Assembly: GCA_900317295.1 (NCBI GenBank)
Contig: ONGB01000002.1
Coordinates: 1,978 to 65,977, forward strand
Source of the DNA: an uncultured Erysipelotrichaceae bacterium
Lineage (GTDB): Bacteria > Bacillota_I > Bacilli_A > RFN20 > CAG-826
Direction: 5' to 3'
DNA length: 64,000 bases
Each line of letters opens with the position of its first letter. Positions within the stretch are counted from its first letter, which is position 1. The notes below the pieces were generated by a model. That model did no database searches, was not told where the DNA came from, and was given only the letters and a program-made list of their open reading frames with translations. Of the stretch, positions 37,319 to 47,028 are shown piece by piece. Both the position numbers and the translations under genes were made by a program.

Positions 37319-38911
37319 ATGAAAATGTTGAATGTTTTGACCGAAACATCGGCAGTTTTGATCCCCGTCATTGTCGGCGTCGGCGCGCTTTTGCTCGGCG
37401 CTGGCATCACTTTCTTGGTGTTCTTTCTCATCAATAAGAACAAGAAAGACGGAGCGACCAAAGCCGCCGAAGGCATCCTCAAAGATGCCAACCTGCAAGC
37501 GGAGCGCATCAAGAAGAACGCCGAGCTCGACGCCAAGCAAATCGCGTTCGAGGCGAAGCAGAATTCCGAAAACGAAGCCCGCGTCCGCCGCTCGGAAATC
37601 GCCGCCGAGCAGCAAAAGCTCGACCTGCGCCAGCAGGCCTTCGATGAGCGCGAGAATCAGCTCATGCGCAAAGAGAACAACCTCGAAGCCCGTTCCCAGC
37701 AACTCGATTCCTCCATCGAGACCTACAAGAAACGCAAAGAGGAACTCGACCAGAAGATCGACGACATCATCAAGGAACTTGAGAAAGTCTCCGGCATGTC
37801 GACCCAAGAAGCCCATGACGAGATCATGCGCCGCGTCGAAAGCAAGATGTCGATGGAGATCAGCGCCTACATCAAAAACGCTGAGGACGAAGCTCGCGAA
37901 ACCGCGGAGGCCAAGGCCATCGATTTGCTTTCCCTCGCCTGCCAGCGTTACGCCCAAGACGTCGTCACCGAGCGCACCGTTTCCGTCGTCGCTTTGCCTA
38001 ACGACGAGATGAAGGGACGCATCATCGGCCGCGAAGGTCGCAACATCCGCGTCCTCGAGCAGCAACTCGGCGTCGATTTGGTCGTCGATGACACCCCTGA
38101 GGTCATCACCGTTTCCTGCTTCGACCCGATCCGCCGCGAAATCGCCCGCAAGACTTTGGAACTCCTCGTCAAAGACGGGCGCATCCAGCCCGGCCGCATC
38201 GAAGAAGTGGCCGCCAAGTGCAAAAAGGAAGTCGACGATTCCTGCTACAAGTATGGCCAGGAAGCCGCCTTCAAACTCGGCTTGCCGCGCCTTTCCCGCG
38301 ACCTTATCTATTACATCGGCCGCCTCCATTACCGCACCTCCTATGGTCAGAACGCTTTGGCCCATTCGATGGAAGTCGGTTATCTCGCTGGCATCATGGC
38401 GGGTGAGCTTGGCCTCGACGTCAATCTGGCGCGCCGCGCCGGCTTGCTCCACGATATCGGCAAAGCCGTCGATTTCGAACAAGAAGGCAGCCACGTCCAA
38501 CTCGGTTATGAATTAGCCAAGAAGGCCAACGAGAACGACGTCGTCCTCAACTCCATCCAATCCCACCACGGGGATGTGGAAGCCCGTTACGTCATCTCCC
38601 ACCTCGTCGCCGCGGCCGACACGCTTTCCGCCGCCCGCCCAGGTGCCCGTTCGGAGACCTTGGAGACCTACGTCAAGCGCATCGAGGCCTTGGAGACCAT
38701 CGCCAAATCCTTCCCTGGCGTCTCCCAAGCCTACGCGATGCAATCCGGCCGTGAGCTCCGCATCATGGTCGAACCGGAAGAGGTCAGCGACGCCGAAGCG
38801 ACCAAGATGTGCCAAGAGATCCGCGCGAAAATCGAATCCGGCGTCACCTATCCCGGTCAAATCAAAGTCGCGGTCATCCGCGAATTCCGGGCCAACGACA
38901 TCGCGAAATAA
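37319..38911 (+). CDS. rny: Ribonuclease Y
   Basis: N-terminal TM helix, a coiled-coil region, a KH domain (GRIIGREGRNIR) and an HD domain (HSMEV...LLHDIGK). AAGGAG upstream. Confidence 0.97.
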   Translation: MKMLNVLTETSAVLIPVIVGVGALLLGAGITFLVFFLINKNKKDGATKAAEGILKDANLQAERIKKNAELDAKQIAFEAKQNSENEARVRRSEIAAEQQKLDLRQQAFDERENQLMRKENNLEARSQQLDSSIETYKKRKEELDQKIDDIIKELEKVSGMSTQEAHDEIMRRVESKMSMEISAYIKNAEDEARETAEAKAIDLLSLACQRYAQDVVTERTVSVVALPNDEMKGRIIGREGRNIRVLEQQLGVDLVVDDTPEVITVSCFDPIRREIARKTLELLVKDGRIQPGRIEEVAAKCKKEVDDSCYKYGQEAAFKLGLPRLSRDLIYYIGRLHYRTSYGQNALAHSMEVGYLAGIMAGELGLDVNLARRAGLLHDIGKAVDFEQEGSHVQLGYELAKKANENDVVLNSIQSHHGDVEARYVISHLVAAADTLSAARPGARSETLETYVKRIEALETIAKSFPGVSQAYAMQSGRELRIMVEPEEVSDAEATKMCQEIRAKIESGVTYPGQIKVAVIREFRANDIAK

Positions 38912-38913
38912 AT

Positions 38914-39720
38914 ATGCGGGTCATCTTCTTCGGCGACATCGTTGGGGATATCGGGCTTCAAGCCCTTCTTATCCGGCTGCCGGAGATCAAAAAAACCTTC
39001 CGCCCCGACTTCGTCATCGCTAACGGCGAAAACGCCTGCAAAGGCTCGGGAATCACCTATAAGCAATACCACGCCCTCATTTCCGGGGGCGTGGATTGCA
39101 TTACGCTAGGCAATCATTATCGCGGAAGGGACCAAATCGATGATTGGATCGATGAGGCGGACGGCATCCTCCGCCCATTGAACCTCAAAGCCTATTTCCA
39201 TGGGGTGGGTTCCGCGACCTATCTCGTCGACGGGAAAGAAATCACCATCACCAACATCATGGGGCAAGGCTTCATGAAAGAAGAAGTGGATGAACCGATC
39301 CCCTCTTTCCGGGACATCCTCGCTGCTTCTTCGCCGATTCATATCGTGGATTTCCATGGGGAATCGACCTCCGAGAAAAAGCTCTTCGCTTTCGAATTCG
39401 CGGGGGACGTGAGTGCGATTTTGGGCACCCATACCCATGTAATGACCGCGGATGCCCAGTTGCTTAAAGGCCGTTGTGGCTTCCTTAGCGACGCGGGGTT
39501 CTGTGGCAAAAACGAATCGATCATCGGCTATTCGCCTTCTTCCATCCGAGCGGCGTTAGTCGAAAAACAACGCGTCCGCTTCGGCATCGACGAAGAGGGC
39601 GAAGACGAACTTGATTTCATCGTGATGGATATCAAAGATGAAACCGGCGCTTGTCAGCGCATCGATGGATACCGCTATGTCGGTGGGAAGGAGGTCAGCC
39701 ATGTCTCGTCGCATCATTAA
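38914..39720 (+). CDS. ymdB: YmdB-family metallophosphoesterase (2',3'-cyclic-nucleotide phosphodiesterase)
   Basis: MRVIFFGDIVG...VIANGENA...LGNH..., immediately after rny as in Bacillus. Confidence 0.9.
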   Translation: MRVIFFGDIVGDIGLQALLIRLPEIKKTFRPDFVIANGENACKGSGITYKQYHALISGGVDCITLGNHYRGRDQIDDWIDEADGILRPLNLKAYFHGVGSATYLVDGKEITITNIMGQGFMKEEVDEPIPSFRDILAASSPIHIVDFHGESTSEKKLFAFEFAGDVSAILGTHTHVMTADAQLLKGRCGFLSDAGFCGKNESIIGYSPSSIRAALVEKQRVRFGIDEEGEDELDFIVMDIKDETGACQRIDGYRYVGGKEVSHVSSHH

Positions 39721-41449
39721 GTCGCTCCCCGATATGGGCAAAGCGCGCAACCGCATGGATTCCCCCAAAACGGTGCGCGAACCTTTAATTGTCCCTCCCG
39801 CGGTCGCGGAATTCGGAAAAGGCCGCGCCTACTTGATCAAGACCTTCGGCTGCCAAGGCAATGTGCGCGACGAGGAAATCCTCGCTGGCTATCTCGAAGC
39901 GGCCGGCATGCACCGCACCGAAATCGAAAGCGAAGCGGGCCTCGTCATCATCAATACCTGCGCGGTTAGGGAAAACGCCGAAGACAAAGTCTATGGCGAA
40001 ATCGGCAAGTTCAAAGTCAACCATCAGAAAGACCCAAGCTTCGTCTTATGCGTCTGCGGTTGCATGATGCAAGAGACCGGCGTCGCCGAAAAACTGGTGA
40101 AGAGTTACCCCTATGTGAATCTCATCTTTGGCACGCATAATCTCTCCAACATCCTTTCGCTCCTCGATGAGCGGTTGGCCCGGAAGAAAGACCTCGTCGA
40201 TGTGCTTTCTTATCCTGGGGACATCGTGGAGAATCTTCCCTCCATCCGTTTGGATGCCTATAAGGCTTTCGTGAATATCGGATATGGCTGTGATAAGTTC
40301 TGCACCTATTGCATCGTCCCCTACACCCGAGGAAGGGAACGCAGCCGCGCCAGGGAAGACATCATCAAAGAATGCCAAGAGTTGGTCGAAGAAGGCTATC
40401 AGGAAATCACTTTGTTAGGGCAAAACGTTAATAGCTACGGCAAGGATTTCCATGATGGAACGAGCTTTGCCACAATCTTGGAAGATGTCGCGAAACTTGG
40501 CATCCCCCGTTTGCGTTTCATGACGAGCCATCCGTGGGACTTCTCCGACGAGATGCTCGACGTCATCGCAAAATATGACAACATCATGCCCTGCATCCAT
40601 CTCCCCGTTCAAAGCGGCTCCACGACGATGCTAAGGCGTATGGGCAGGCGCTATACGCGGGAACAATATTTGGATTTGGTCAGGCGGATCCGCGAAAAGA
40701 TCCCCGGCTGTGCCCTCACCACCGACATCATCGTCGGCTTCCCTAACGAAACCGAGGAAGAATTCGAAGACACCCTCACTTTATGTGAAGAGGTGAAATA
40801 TGACGCGGCCTTCACTTTCCTTTATTCCCCAAGGAAAGGCACGCCGGCCGCGGCCTTGGAAGATGATGTTCCTGATGAGGTGAAACACGAACGCTTCAAC
40901 CGCCTTTTGAAAGTGGTCGAAGCCGGCGTGATGTCCCATAGTTCCCAGATGGTGGGCAAAACCTACAAAGTCCTCGTCGATGGCCCCTCAAAGAAGAACG
41001 AACGCGTTCTATCTGGGTATACCGAAACCAACAAATTGGTCAATTTCGAAGGCCCAGCCTATCTCAAAGGCCAAATCGTCGACGTGGAAATCGTCGAAGA
41101 CCATGCTTTCTCGATGATTGGGAAACTTACCAAAGACCCTCTTATCATCCTCGCGGAAAAAGCCGCGGAATCCTTAAAAGAAGAACCGGAGGCCATTGCC
41201 TTCCTCGAAGCGAAAAAAGCGGTGGAGGAATCCCCGTCTTTAATCGAGCTCCGTGGGCAAATCGAAAAGGCCCAAAAGGCCATGGTTCAAAAAGCCGCGG
41301 ATTCCGATGATGAGGCCTATGAAAAGGCCAAAAACGAATACCTGTCCCTCATGAATTCCTATAAAAAGGACCCCGTCGTTTTGAATTATGAGGCGCGCAA
41401 AGACGACCTTGAAGAGCTTCTGCGCATCGTGAAAGGGACCCTGTCATGA
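39701..41449 (+). CDS. miaB: tRNA-2-methylthio-N6-dimethylallyladenosine synthase MiaB with an extra ~106-aa helical C-terminal extension
   Basis: UPF0004 domain (YLIKTFGCQGNVRDEE), radical-SAM CDKFCTYC and a TRAM domain ending ...VEIVEDHAFSMIGKL, followed by the extension. Start chosen at 39701 (GGAAGGAGG upstream). Confidence 0.92.
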   Translation: MSRRIIKSLPDMGKARNRMDSPKTVREPLIVPPAVAEFGKGRAYLIKTFGCQGNVRDEEILAGYLEAAGMHRTEIESEAGLVIINTCAVRENAEDKVYGEIGKFKVNHQKDPSFVLCVCGCMMQETGVAEKLVKSYPYVNLIFGTHNLSNILSLLDERLARKKDLVDVLSYPGDIVENLPSIRLDAYKAFVNIGYGCDKFCTYCIVPYTRGRERSRAREDIIKECQELVEEGYQEITLLGQNVNSYGKDFHDGTSFATILEDVAKLGIPRLRFMTSHPWDFSDEMLDVIAKYDNIMPCIHLPVQSGSTTMLRRMGRRYTREQYLDLVRRIREKIPGCALTTDIIVGFPNETEEEFEDTLTLCEEVKYDAAFTFLYSPRKGTPAAALEDDVPDEVKHERFNRLLKVVEAGVMSHSSQMVGKTYKVLVDGPSKKNERVLSGYTETNKLVNFEGPAYLKGQIVDVEIVEDHAFSMIGKLTKDPLIILAEKAAESLKEEPEAIAFLEAKKAVEESPSLIELRGQIEKAQKAMVQKAADSDDEAYEKAKNEYLSLMNSYKKDPVVLNYEARKDDLEELLRIVKGTLS

Positions 41450-42321
41450 TCATCGTCCTCGCTGGTCCGACGGGTTCGGGGAAAAGCGATCTCGCCATCT
41501 CCTTGGCCAAGCGCCTTGGTGGAGCGATCATCAACGGCGACGCCTTTCAGGTCTATAAAGAATTGGATATCGCCACCGCGAAACCCACTTTGGAAATGCG
41601 GATGGAAGTCCCCCATTTCCTTTTTGATTTCGTCCCTTTGACCGACGCCTATTCCGTCTATGAATACCAAAACGACCTAAGGAGCGCGATCGCCACTTTG
41701 TCTTCCTCAAATACCCCGATCATCATCGCCGGGGGGACGGGGTTATATATCCGCGCGGGACTTTACGATTATGAATTCCCTCCCGAAGCGGAAGTGGACA
41801 TGTCCGCCTATGAAAAACTTAGCGACGAAGAAGCCTATGCCGAATTAAAACGGCTAGATCCCGAAGCCAGCGCGTCCATCCATCCCCATAATCGCCTTCG
41901 CGTCATGCGAGCCCTCCGCGTCATCCTGGCGACTGGGAAGAAGAAAAGCGAGATCATCGCCAAACAGGAACATAAACCCATCTATGATGACGTCCATTTC
42001 TTCGGGCTATCCGCTGAACGCGCATCCCTCTATGAACGAGTGGATGCCCGCGTCGATAGGATGGTGAAAGATGGCCTTGTTGAAGAAAACCGCCGCCTCA
42101 TTGATAAGTATGGGCGCGACAAAATGGCTTTCCGCGCGATTGGAGTAAAGGAGTTCTTTCCCTATTTCGATGAGGAGAAGTCTTTGGACGAATGCATCGC
42201 CGAAGTCAAAAAGGCCACGAGGAACTACGTGAAAAGGCAGATGACCTTCTTCCTACATCAATTCGATATCGAATGGATCAAGGGGGAAGAGGATGTTTTG
42301 GAGGCGATTTCCCATGAATGA
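41446..42321 (+). CDS. miaA: tRNA dimethylallyltransferase MiaA
   Basis: P-loop LAGPTGSGKSDLA plus ...GGTGLY.... ATGA overlap with miaB. Confidence 0.93.
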   Translation: MIIVLAGPTGSGKSDLAISLAKRLGGAIINGDAFQVYKELDIATAKPTLEMRMEVPHFLFDFVPLTDAYSVYEYQNDLRSAIATLSSSNTPIIIAGGTGLYIRAGLYDYEFPPEAEVDMSAYEKLSDEEAYAELKRLDPEASASIHPHNRLRVMRALRVILATGKKKSEIIAKQEHKPIYDDVHFFGLSAERASLYERVDARVDRMVKDGLVEENRRLIDKYGRDKMAFRAIGVKEFFPYFDEEKSLDECIAEVKKATRNYVKRQMTFFLHQFDIEWIKGEEDVLEAISHE

Positions 42322-43003
42322 TATTTTTGAGCGAAGCCGCCAACTCCTCGGAGAAGAAGGATTCGAATCCATTAAGAAACGCCATGTTCTCGTCTGCGGA
42401 TTAGGGGGCGTCGGGGGAACCTGCGCGATGGCCCTTGCCCGCAGCGGCATCGGTGAATTGACGATTTGCGATTTCGATGTCGTGGAGGAGAGCAACCTCA
42501 ATCGACAGATTCTTTTCACCTCCGAAAGCCTAGGAAAAGAAAAGACCAAAGAGGCAGAAAAGGCGCTTTTATCCGTCTCGCCAAATCTCATCATTCATGG
42601 CGTTTCTGACAAATTTAGCCGAGAAATCGCGGAAGAATTACCCTGGAATACTTTTGATTTCGTCATTGATGCGATTGATGACATCCCGGCGAAAGTGGAA
42701 TTGATCAAAGCTTGTCAGAAGCATGGCGTTCCTTTGATCGTGAGTCTTGGTATGGGCAATCGGCTGGATCCCACGAAGATTACATTGACGAAATTATCTA
42801 AAACCGAAGGGGATCCATTGGCGCGAAAACTTAGGTCTATGTGCCGCCAGGAAGGTATCGATTTAGGCGTCGTGGACGTTTGTTTTTCCAAAGAAACCCC
42901 AGTCATGAAAAGCCCTACGCCGGGCTCCATGATGATGGTGCCCTCGGCCGCTGGACTAGCCATGGCCTACCAAGCGTTGTTCTTCTTCTTGAAGAAAAAC
43001 TGA
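42314..43003 (+). CDS. tcdA: ThiF-family tRNA threonylcarbamoyladenosine dehydratase (TcdA-like)
   Basis: VLVCGLGGVGG...DFD...NLNRQ. Size and layout match TcdA/CsdL. Overlaps the miaA end by 8 nt. Confidence 0.8.
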   Translation: MNDIFERSRQLLGEEGFESIKKRHVLVCGLGGVGGTCAMALARSGIGELTICDFDVVEESNLNRQILFTSESLGKEKTKEAEKALLSVSPNLIIHGVSDKFSREIAEELPWNTFDFVIDAIDDIPAKVELIKACQKHGVPLIVSLGMGNRLDPTKITLTKLSKTEGDPLARKLRSMCRQEGIDLGVVDVCFSKETPVMKSPTPGSMMMVPSAAGLAMAYQALFFFLKKN

Positions 43004-43044
43004 AGGCCACTATCATTTCATTTTGAATATTTAGGAGGGAACAT

Positions 43045-44661
43045 ATGGAACTGTTGCCTATTTCTGAAATTGCCAAAAAAGCGGGTATTCCCGATGAGTA
43101 TGTTGAACCTTATGGACGTTATAAGGCCAAGATCGACAATCGCCTTTATGACGAATTGAAAGATAAGCCCGATGGAAAGTTGGTCCTCGTAACCGCGATC
43201 ACCCCAACGAAAGCCGGCGAAGGCAAAACCACGACCTCGATCGCTTTGACCGAAGGCTTTGGAAAGATCGCCCAACCCGCGCTTCTTTGCCTCCGCGAAC
43301 CGAGCCTCGGTCCGGTCTTTGGCATCAAGGGCGGCGCGACCGGCGGTGGCCTTGCTTCCGTGGCTCCGAAGGATGACATCAACCTTCATTTCACGGGGGA
43401 CATGCATGCGTTAACGAGTTCCATCAACTTGATTTCCGCCGTCATCGACAACTCGATTTGGCAGGGGAATCCCTTGAATATCGATCCCGAGAGGGTCGTG
43501 TGGAAACGCGCGATGGATATGAACGATCGCGCCCTGCGTTCCATCCATGTCTCCGAAGATGATAAGAAAGTGGCCCCGCGTCACGATGAATTCGTCATCA
43601 CCGTGGCCTCGGAGATGATGGCGATCCTTTGTCTTGCCAAAGATGCTGAGGATTTCATCGCCCGCGTCCGCCGTATCATCGTCGCCTATAACAAAGACGG
43701 CAAACCCGTCACCGTCGGCGATTTGAAGATCAGCCACGCCATCATGAAACTGATGAAGGACGCGTTGAAGCCCAACCTCGTCCAGACCTTGGAAAACAAT
43801 CCTGTGCTGATCCATGGCGGCCCGTTCGCCAACATCGCGCACGGCTGCAACTCCATCATCGCCACTAAGCTTGCCCTCAAATTAGCCCCCATCGTGGTTA
43901 CGGAGGCGGGCTTCGGCGCGGATCTAGGCGCTGAGAAATTCTTGGACATCAAATGCCGCGAAGCCGGTCTGCATCCCGACGCGGTCGTCATGGTCGCGAC
44001 CATCCGCGCGCTCAAGATGCACGGCGGGCAGGCTTTCGAAGAGCTCGCGACCCCGAATGTCGAGGCCCTCGCCCTCGGCATGGGAAACCTCGAGGCCCAT
44101 TTGAACAACATCAAGCAATATGACGTCCCCTTCGTCGTCGCGATCAACCACTTCGCCCAAGATAGCGAAGAGGAGGTCGCTTATGTGGAGAAGTGGTGTC
44201 AGGAACGTGGCTATCGCTGTTCCTTCCTCGATGGCTTTCTCAAAGGCGGCGACGGCTCGAAGGATTTGGCAAGGCAAGTTCAGGCCCTTCTTAAAGAAGA
44301 ACCCTCCCATTATCGCCCGCTTTATCCCCTGGAAGCCCCGCTTAAAACGAAGATCGAGGCCATCTGCCGCAACATCTATCACGCCGGGGAAATCGTTTAT
44401 GAACCGAAGGCGGAAGAACAATTGAAGGAATATGCCGAACTCGGGTTTGGCAACGCCTATATCTGCATGGCGAAGACCCCACAGTCTCTCACCGATGACC
44501 CCAAAGTCTTGGGCGCGCCCACCGGATTCACCATTACCATTCGCGAAGTCAATCTCTCCGCTGGGGCCAACTTCGTGGTGCCCTTGACCGGGGCGATCAT
44601 GACGATGCCTGGCCTTCCCAAAGTGCCGGCCGCCGTGAAGATGGAGGAGGAGCCGTGGTAA
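43045..44661 (+). CDS. fhs: Formate--tetrahydrofolate ligase
   Basis: ...VTAITPTKAGEGKTTTSIAL... and ...LIHGGPFANIAHGCNS.... AGGAGGG upstream. Confidence 0.96.
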   Translation: MELLPISEIAKKAGIPDEYVEPYGRYKAKIDNRLYDELKDKPDGKLVLVTAITPTKAGEGKTTTSIALTEGFGKIAQPALLCLREPSLGPVFGIKGGATGGGLASVAPKDDINLHFTGDMHALTSSINLISAVIDNSIWQGNPLNIDPERVVWKRAMDMNDRALRSIHVSEDDKKVAPRHDEFVITVASEMMAILCLAKDAEDFIARVRRIIVAYNKDGKPVTVGDLKISHAIMKLMKDALKPNLVQTLENNPVLIHGGPFANIAHGCNSIIATKLALKLAPIVVTEAGFGADLGAEKFLDIKCREAGLHPDAVVMVATIRALKMHGGQAFEELATPNVEALALGMGNLEAHLNNIKQYDVPFVVAINHFAQDSEEEVAYVEKWCQERGYRCSFLDGFLKGGDGSKDLARQVQALLKEEPSHYRPLYPLEAPLKTKIEAICRNIYHAGEIVYEPKAEEQLKEYAELGFGNAYICMAKTPQSLTDDPKVLGAPTGFTITIREVNLSAGANFVVPLTGAIMTMPGLPKVPAAVKMEEEPW

Positions 44662-44879
44662 TCGATTACCAGCTCTACGATGAGGTGGAGATGAAAAAAG
44701 CCCACCCTTGTTTCCAAAGAAGCAAACGTTTCCAGATCGTCCGGGTCGGCGCGGATATCAAAATCATGTGCCTCGGATGCGGGAACGTCATCATGATCGA
44801 CCGCGATAAATTCAACTCCCGCATCAAGAAAGTCATCGCCCATCACGATGGGCCACTTGCCAATCCTGACCTTCATTAA
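44655..44879 (+). CDS. DUF951-family small protein
   Basis: ...DEVEMKKAHPC...FQIVRVGADIKIMCLGCGNVIMIDRDKF... matches the DUF951 pattern. GTG start with GGAGGAGGAG upstream, overlapping the fhs stop. Confidence 0.75.
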   Translation: MVIDYQLYDEVEMKKAHPCFQRSKRFQIVRVGADIKIMCLGCGNVIMIDRDKFNSRIKKVIAHHDGPLANPDLH

Positions 44880-44903
44880 GCCCCTATAAAGCAGGGGCTT
44901 TTA
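44879..44903 (+). terminator. Rho-independent terminator after the fhs/DUF951 unit
   Basis: AGCCCCT-ATAAAGC-AGGGGCT followed by TTTTAAAAC, a short U-tract. Confidence 0.65.
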
Positions 44904-44955
44904 AAACATTTTTTATAATTTCGCCTTTTGCTGTGTATAGGAAGAGTGGAGGCAT

Positions 44956-47028
44956 ATGCGAACACTCATCAAGGCGAGCAACATCGGAAAGTCCTATAAA
45001 CAGGGCAAGGAAAAGACTTTTGTCCTAAGGCATGTAAACCTATCTTTGCCAGGGATTGGATTCGTTGGGATCCAAGGCAAAAGCGGATCGGGGAAAAGCA
45101 CTTTGCTAAACCTTTTGGCAGGGCTGGAAACGCCGAGTGAAGGGCGGGTTTATTTCGCGGGGGATGACCTCGGGGAAATGAAGGGCAAAAGACGTTCGAG
45201 ATTTCATTCTTCAGACACCTCATTCGTCTTTCAGCATTACAACCTCATCGAGGACCAAGATGTGCTTTTCAATGTATCTCTTCCCTTGCTTATGGCGGGA
45301 GAAAAAACGCGCAAAACGAAAGAAAAAGTGCGCAAAAGCCTCATAAAGTTCGGTTTGGATGGTTTTGAAAGTCGCTTGGTCTCTACCTTGTCCGGAGGAG
45401 AAAAACAACGCGTCGCTTTGGCGAGGGCGCTAGTGAATGACCCCCTTTGCGTTTTCGCCGATGAGCCTACCGGCGCCCTAGATGAAGGGAACGCCAAAAC
45501 AGTAATGGAAGCACTAAAAGAAGCGTCTAAAGAACGGCTCGTTTTGGTGGTCTCTCATAACGTCAAATTGTTGGAGGAATACGCCGATCAAATCATCGAG
45601 ATTTCAGACGGGAAAATGGCAAGCCCGCCGCCGAAGTTAAAGACCGTTCGGCCCATCGAGATCCAACCCAGGCCGCGGGGATCGGGAAGCTGGAGACATC
45701 GGTTTCTACTAAGGAATCTGGGAAAAGATTGGGGCAAAAATCTCATGGCGTTTTCCTCGGGGGTCATCGGCTTTGTTTGCTTGATCCTTTGCTTTGGCTT
45801 TTTCCATGGTTCTCCTTTGGCTTTGAAAGAAGAGAGCGAAAGGACGTTAGGCTATCCCATGGCCAGACTCAGCCAACGGACGGTCACCGAAGTGCCGAAT
45901 TCCCCGCTTTCGCTCATTCAAGAAGAAAGGCCGAGCAGGGAATCCGCCGCTTCATTATTAGACGGCATTCCTTACCTAAGCATCGAAAACGATTATTCCT
46001 TTTTCCTGCCTCCCGCCTCTTTGTTCCACTTGGACGGAGAAGAAGCCGGGTCCTCCTCTTTCTCCCCGGTTTATGACATCACTTTGGAGGAGTGGGGCTC
46101 TTCTTTATTAATAGAAGGTAGGAAACCGAAGAAAAACGATTTGCAAAATGTCCTGGTTAATGAATCTTTCGCCAAAGAACACCAAGACTGTCTAGGAAAA
46201 ACGATAGAATTCCCCGTCCATGTCGATTTAATCTCGGATGGGGCAGAAGATGAAATCGATTGGGATTTCAAAGCTCGGATCGCCGGAGTGGTGGAAGAGT
46301 TTTCCTTTCTAAGCGTTCCAACGGTCTATTACTCTCATCAAGGCTTAGAAGCATTCCTTAAGGAAATCAACCTTCCCCGTATCTCCATGAAAAGAGGTAG
46401 GAACATCAATCCGGTTAGTTTATGCGAAGAAGCGCCGGGAGACGCTTGCTATGCTTCTTATGGTCTTTTGATTTTCGCCCATAAAGAAGAAGCCGCGCGG
46501 CAACTTTATTCTTTGATGGAACAGGGAAACATCCAAGAACCCTTCGCCTTGGATTCGTCCGCCTTCCGCATCGCGAGCAGCTTCCAAAGCCTTTCTTCCG
46601 CTTTCCGTTTGGCGCTCGCCCTATTCGTCTTCATCGCTTTGGCCGGTTTGGCGTTGATCCTGGGGATGGCTTCCTATTCGAGTTTCGTTTCCCGTATCAA
46701 AGAAGGGGCGATCTTATTGGTTCTCGGTGCCAAAGAAAGCCACTTACGTGCCCTATTTTGCGAGGAGGGGATGCTGGTGAATTTCCTTGCTTCCGGGTTT
46801 GCTTTGGCGGCGTCTCCTTTCGCGATCTCCGCGGTCAACCGACTGCTGGCCGCTCAATTCGGCATCTCTTCTTTGATACGTTTCCCATTCGCGTCCTATT
46901 TGGGCATTCCTTATTTGTTGGTGCTTGGGGTATTACTCGCCGCTTTGCTCATCGGTTATTCCGCCGTCGCCATCCCTTTGCTCATCCATCGCCGCATTCC
47001 CATCGCCAAGGAGCTTCGCGATGAATAA
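44956..47028 (+). CDS. MacB-type ABC transporter, fused ATPase plus FtsX-like permease (690 aa)
   Basis: N-terminal NBD (GKSGSGKSTLLN, LSGGEKQRVALARAL, VFADEPTGALD), one TM helix, an extracytoplasmic domain of about 260 aa, and a C-terminal 3-TM FtsX domain. Confidence 0.85.
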   Translation: MRTLIKASNIGKSYKQGKEKTFVLRHVNLSLPGIGFVGIQGKSGSGKSTLLNLLAGLETPSEGRVYFAGDDLGEMKGKRRSRFHSSDTSFVFQHYNLIEDQDVLFNVSLPLLMAGEKTRKTKEKVRKSLIKFGLDGFESRLVSTLSGGEKQRVALARALVNDPLCVFADEPTGALDEGNAKTVMEALKEASKERLVLVVSHNVKLLEEYADQIIEISDGKMASPPPKLKTVRPIEIQPRPRGSGSWRHRFLLRNLGKDWGKNLMAFSSGVIGFVCLILCFGFFHGSPLALKEESERTLGYPMARLSQRTVTEVPNSPLSLIQEERPSRESAASLLDGIPYLSIENDYSFFLPPASLFHLDGEEAGSSSFSPVYDITLEEWGSSLLIEGRKPKKNDLQNVLVNESFAKEHQDCLGKTIEFPVHVDLISDGAEDEIDWDFKARIAGVVEEFSFLSVPTVYYSHQGLEAFLKEINLPRISMKRGRNINPVSLCEEAPGDACYASYGLLIFAHKEEAARQLYSLMEQGNIQEPFALDSSAFRIASSFQSLSSAFRLALALFVFIALAGLALILGMASYSSFVSRIKEGAILLVLGAKESHLRALFCEEGMLVNFLASGFALAASPFAISAVNRLLAAQFGISSLIRFPFASYLGIPYLLVLGVLLAALLIGYSAVAIPLLIHRRIPIAKELRDE

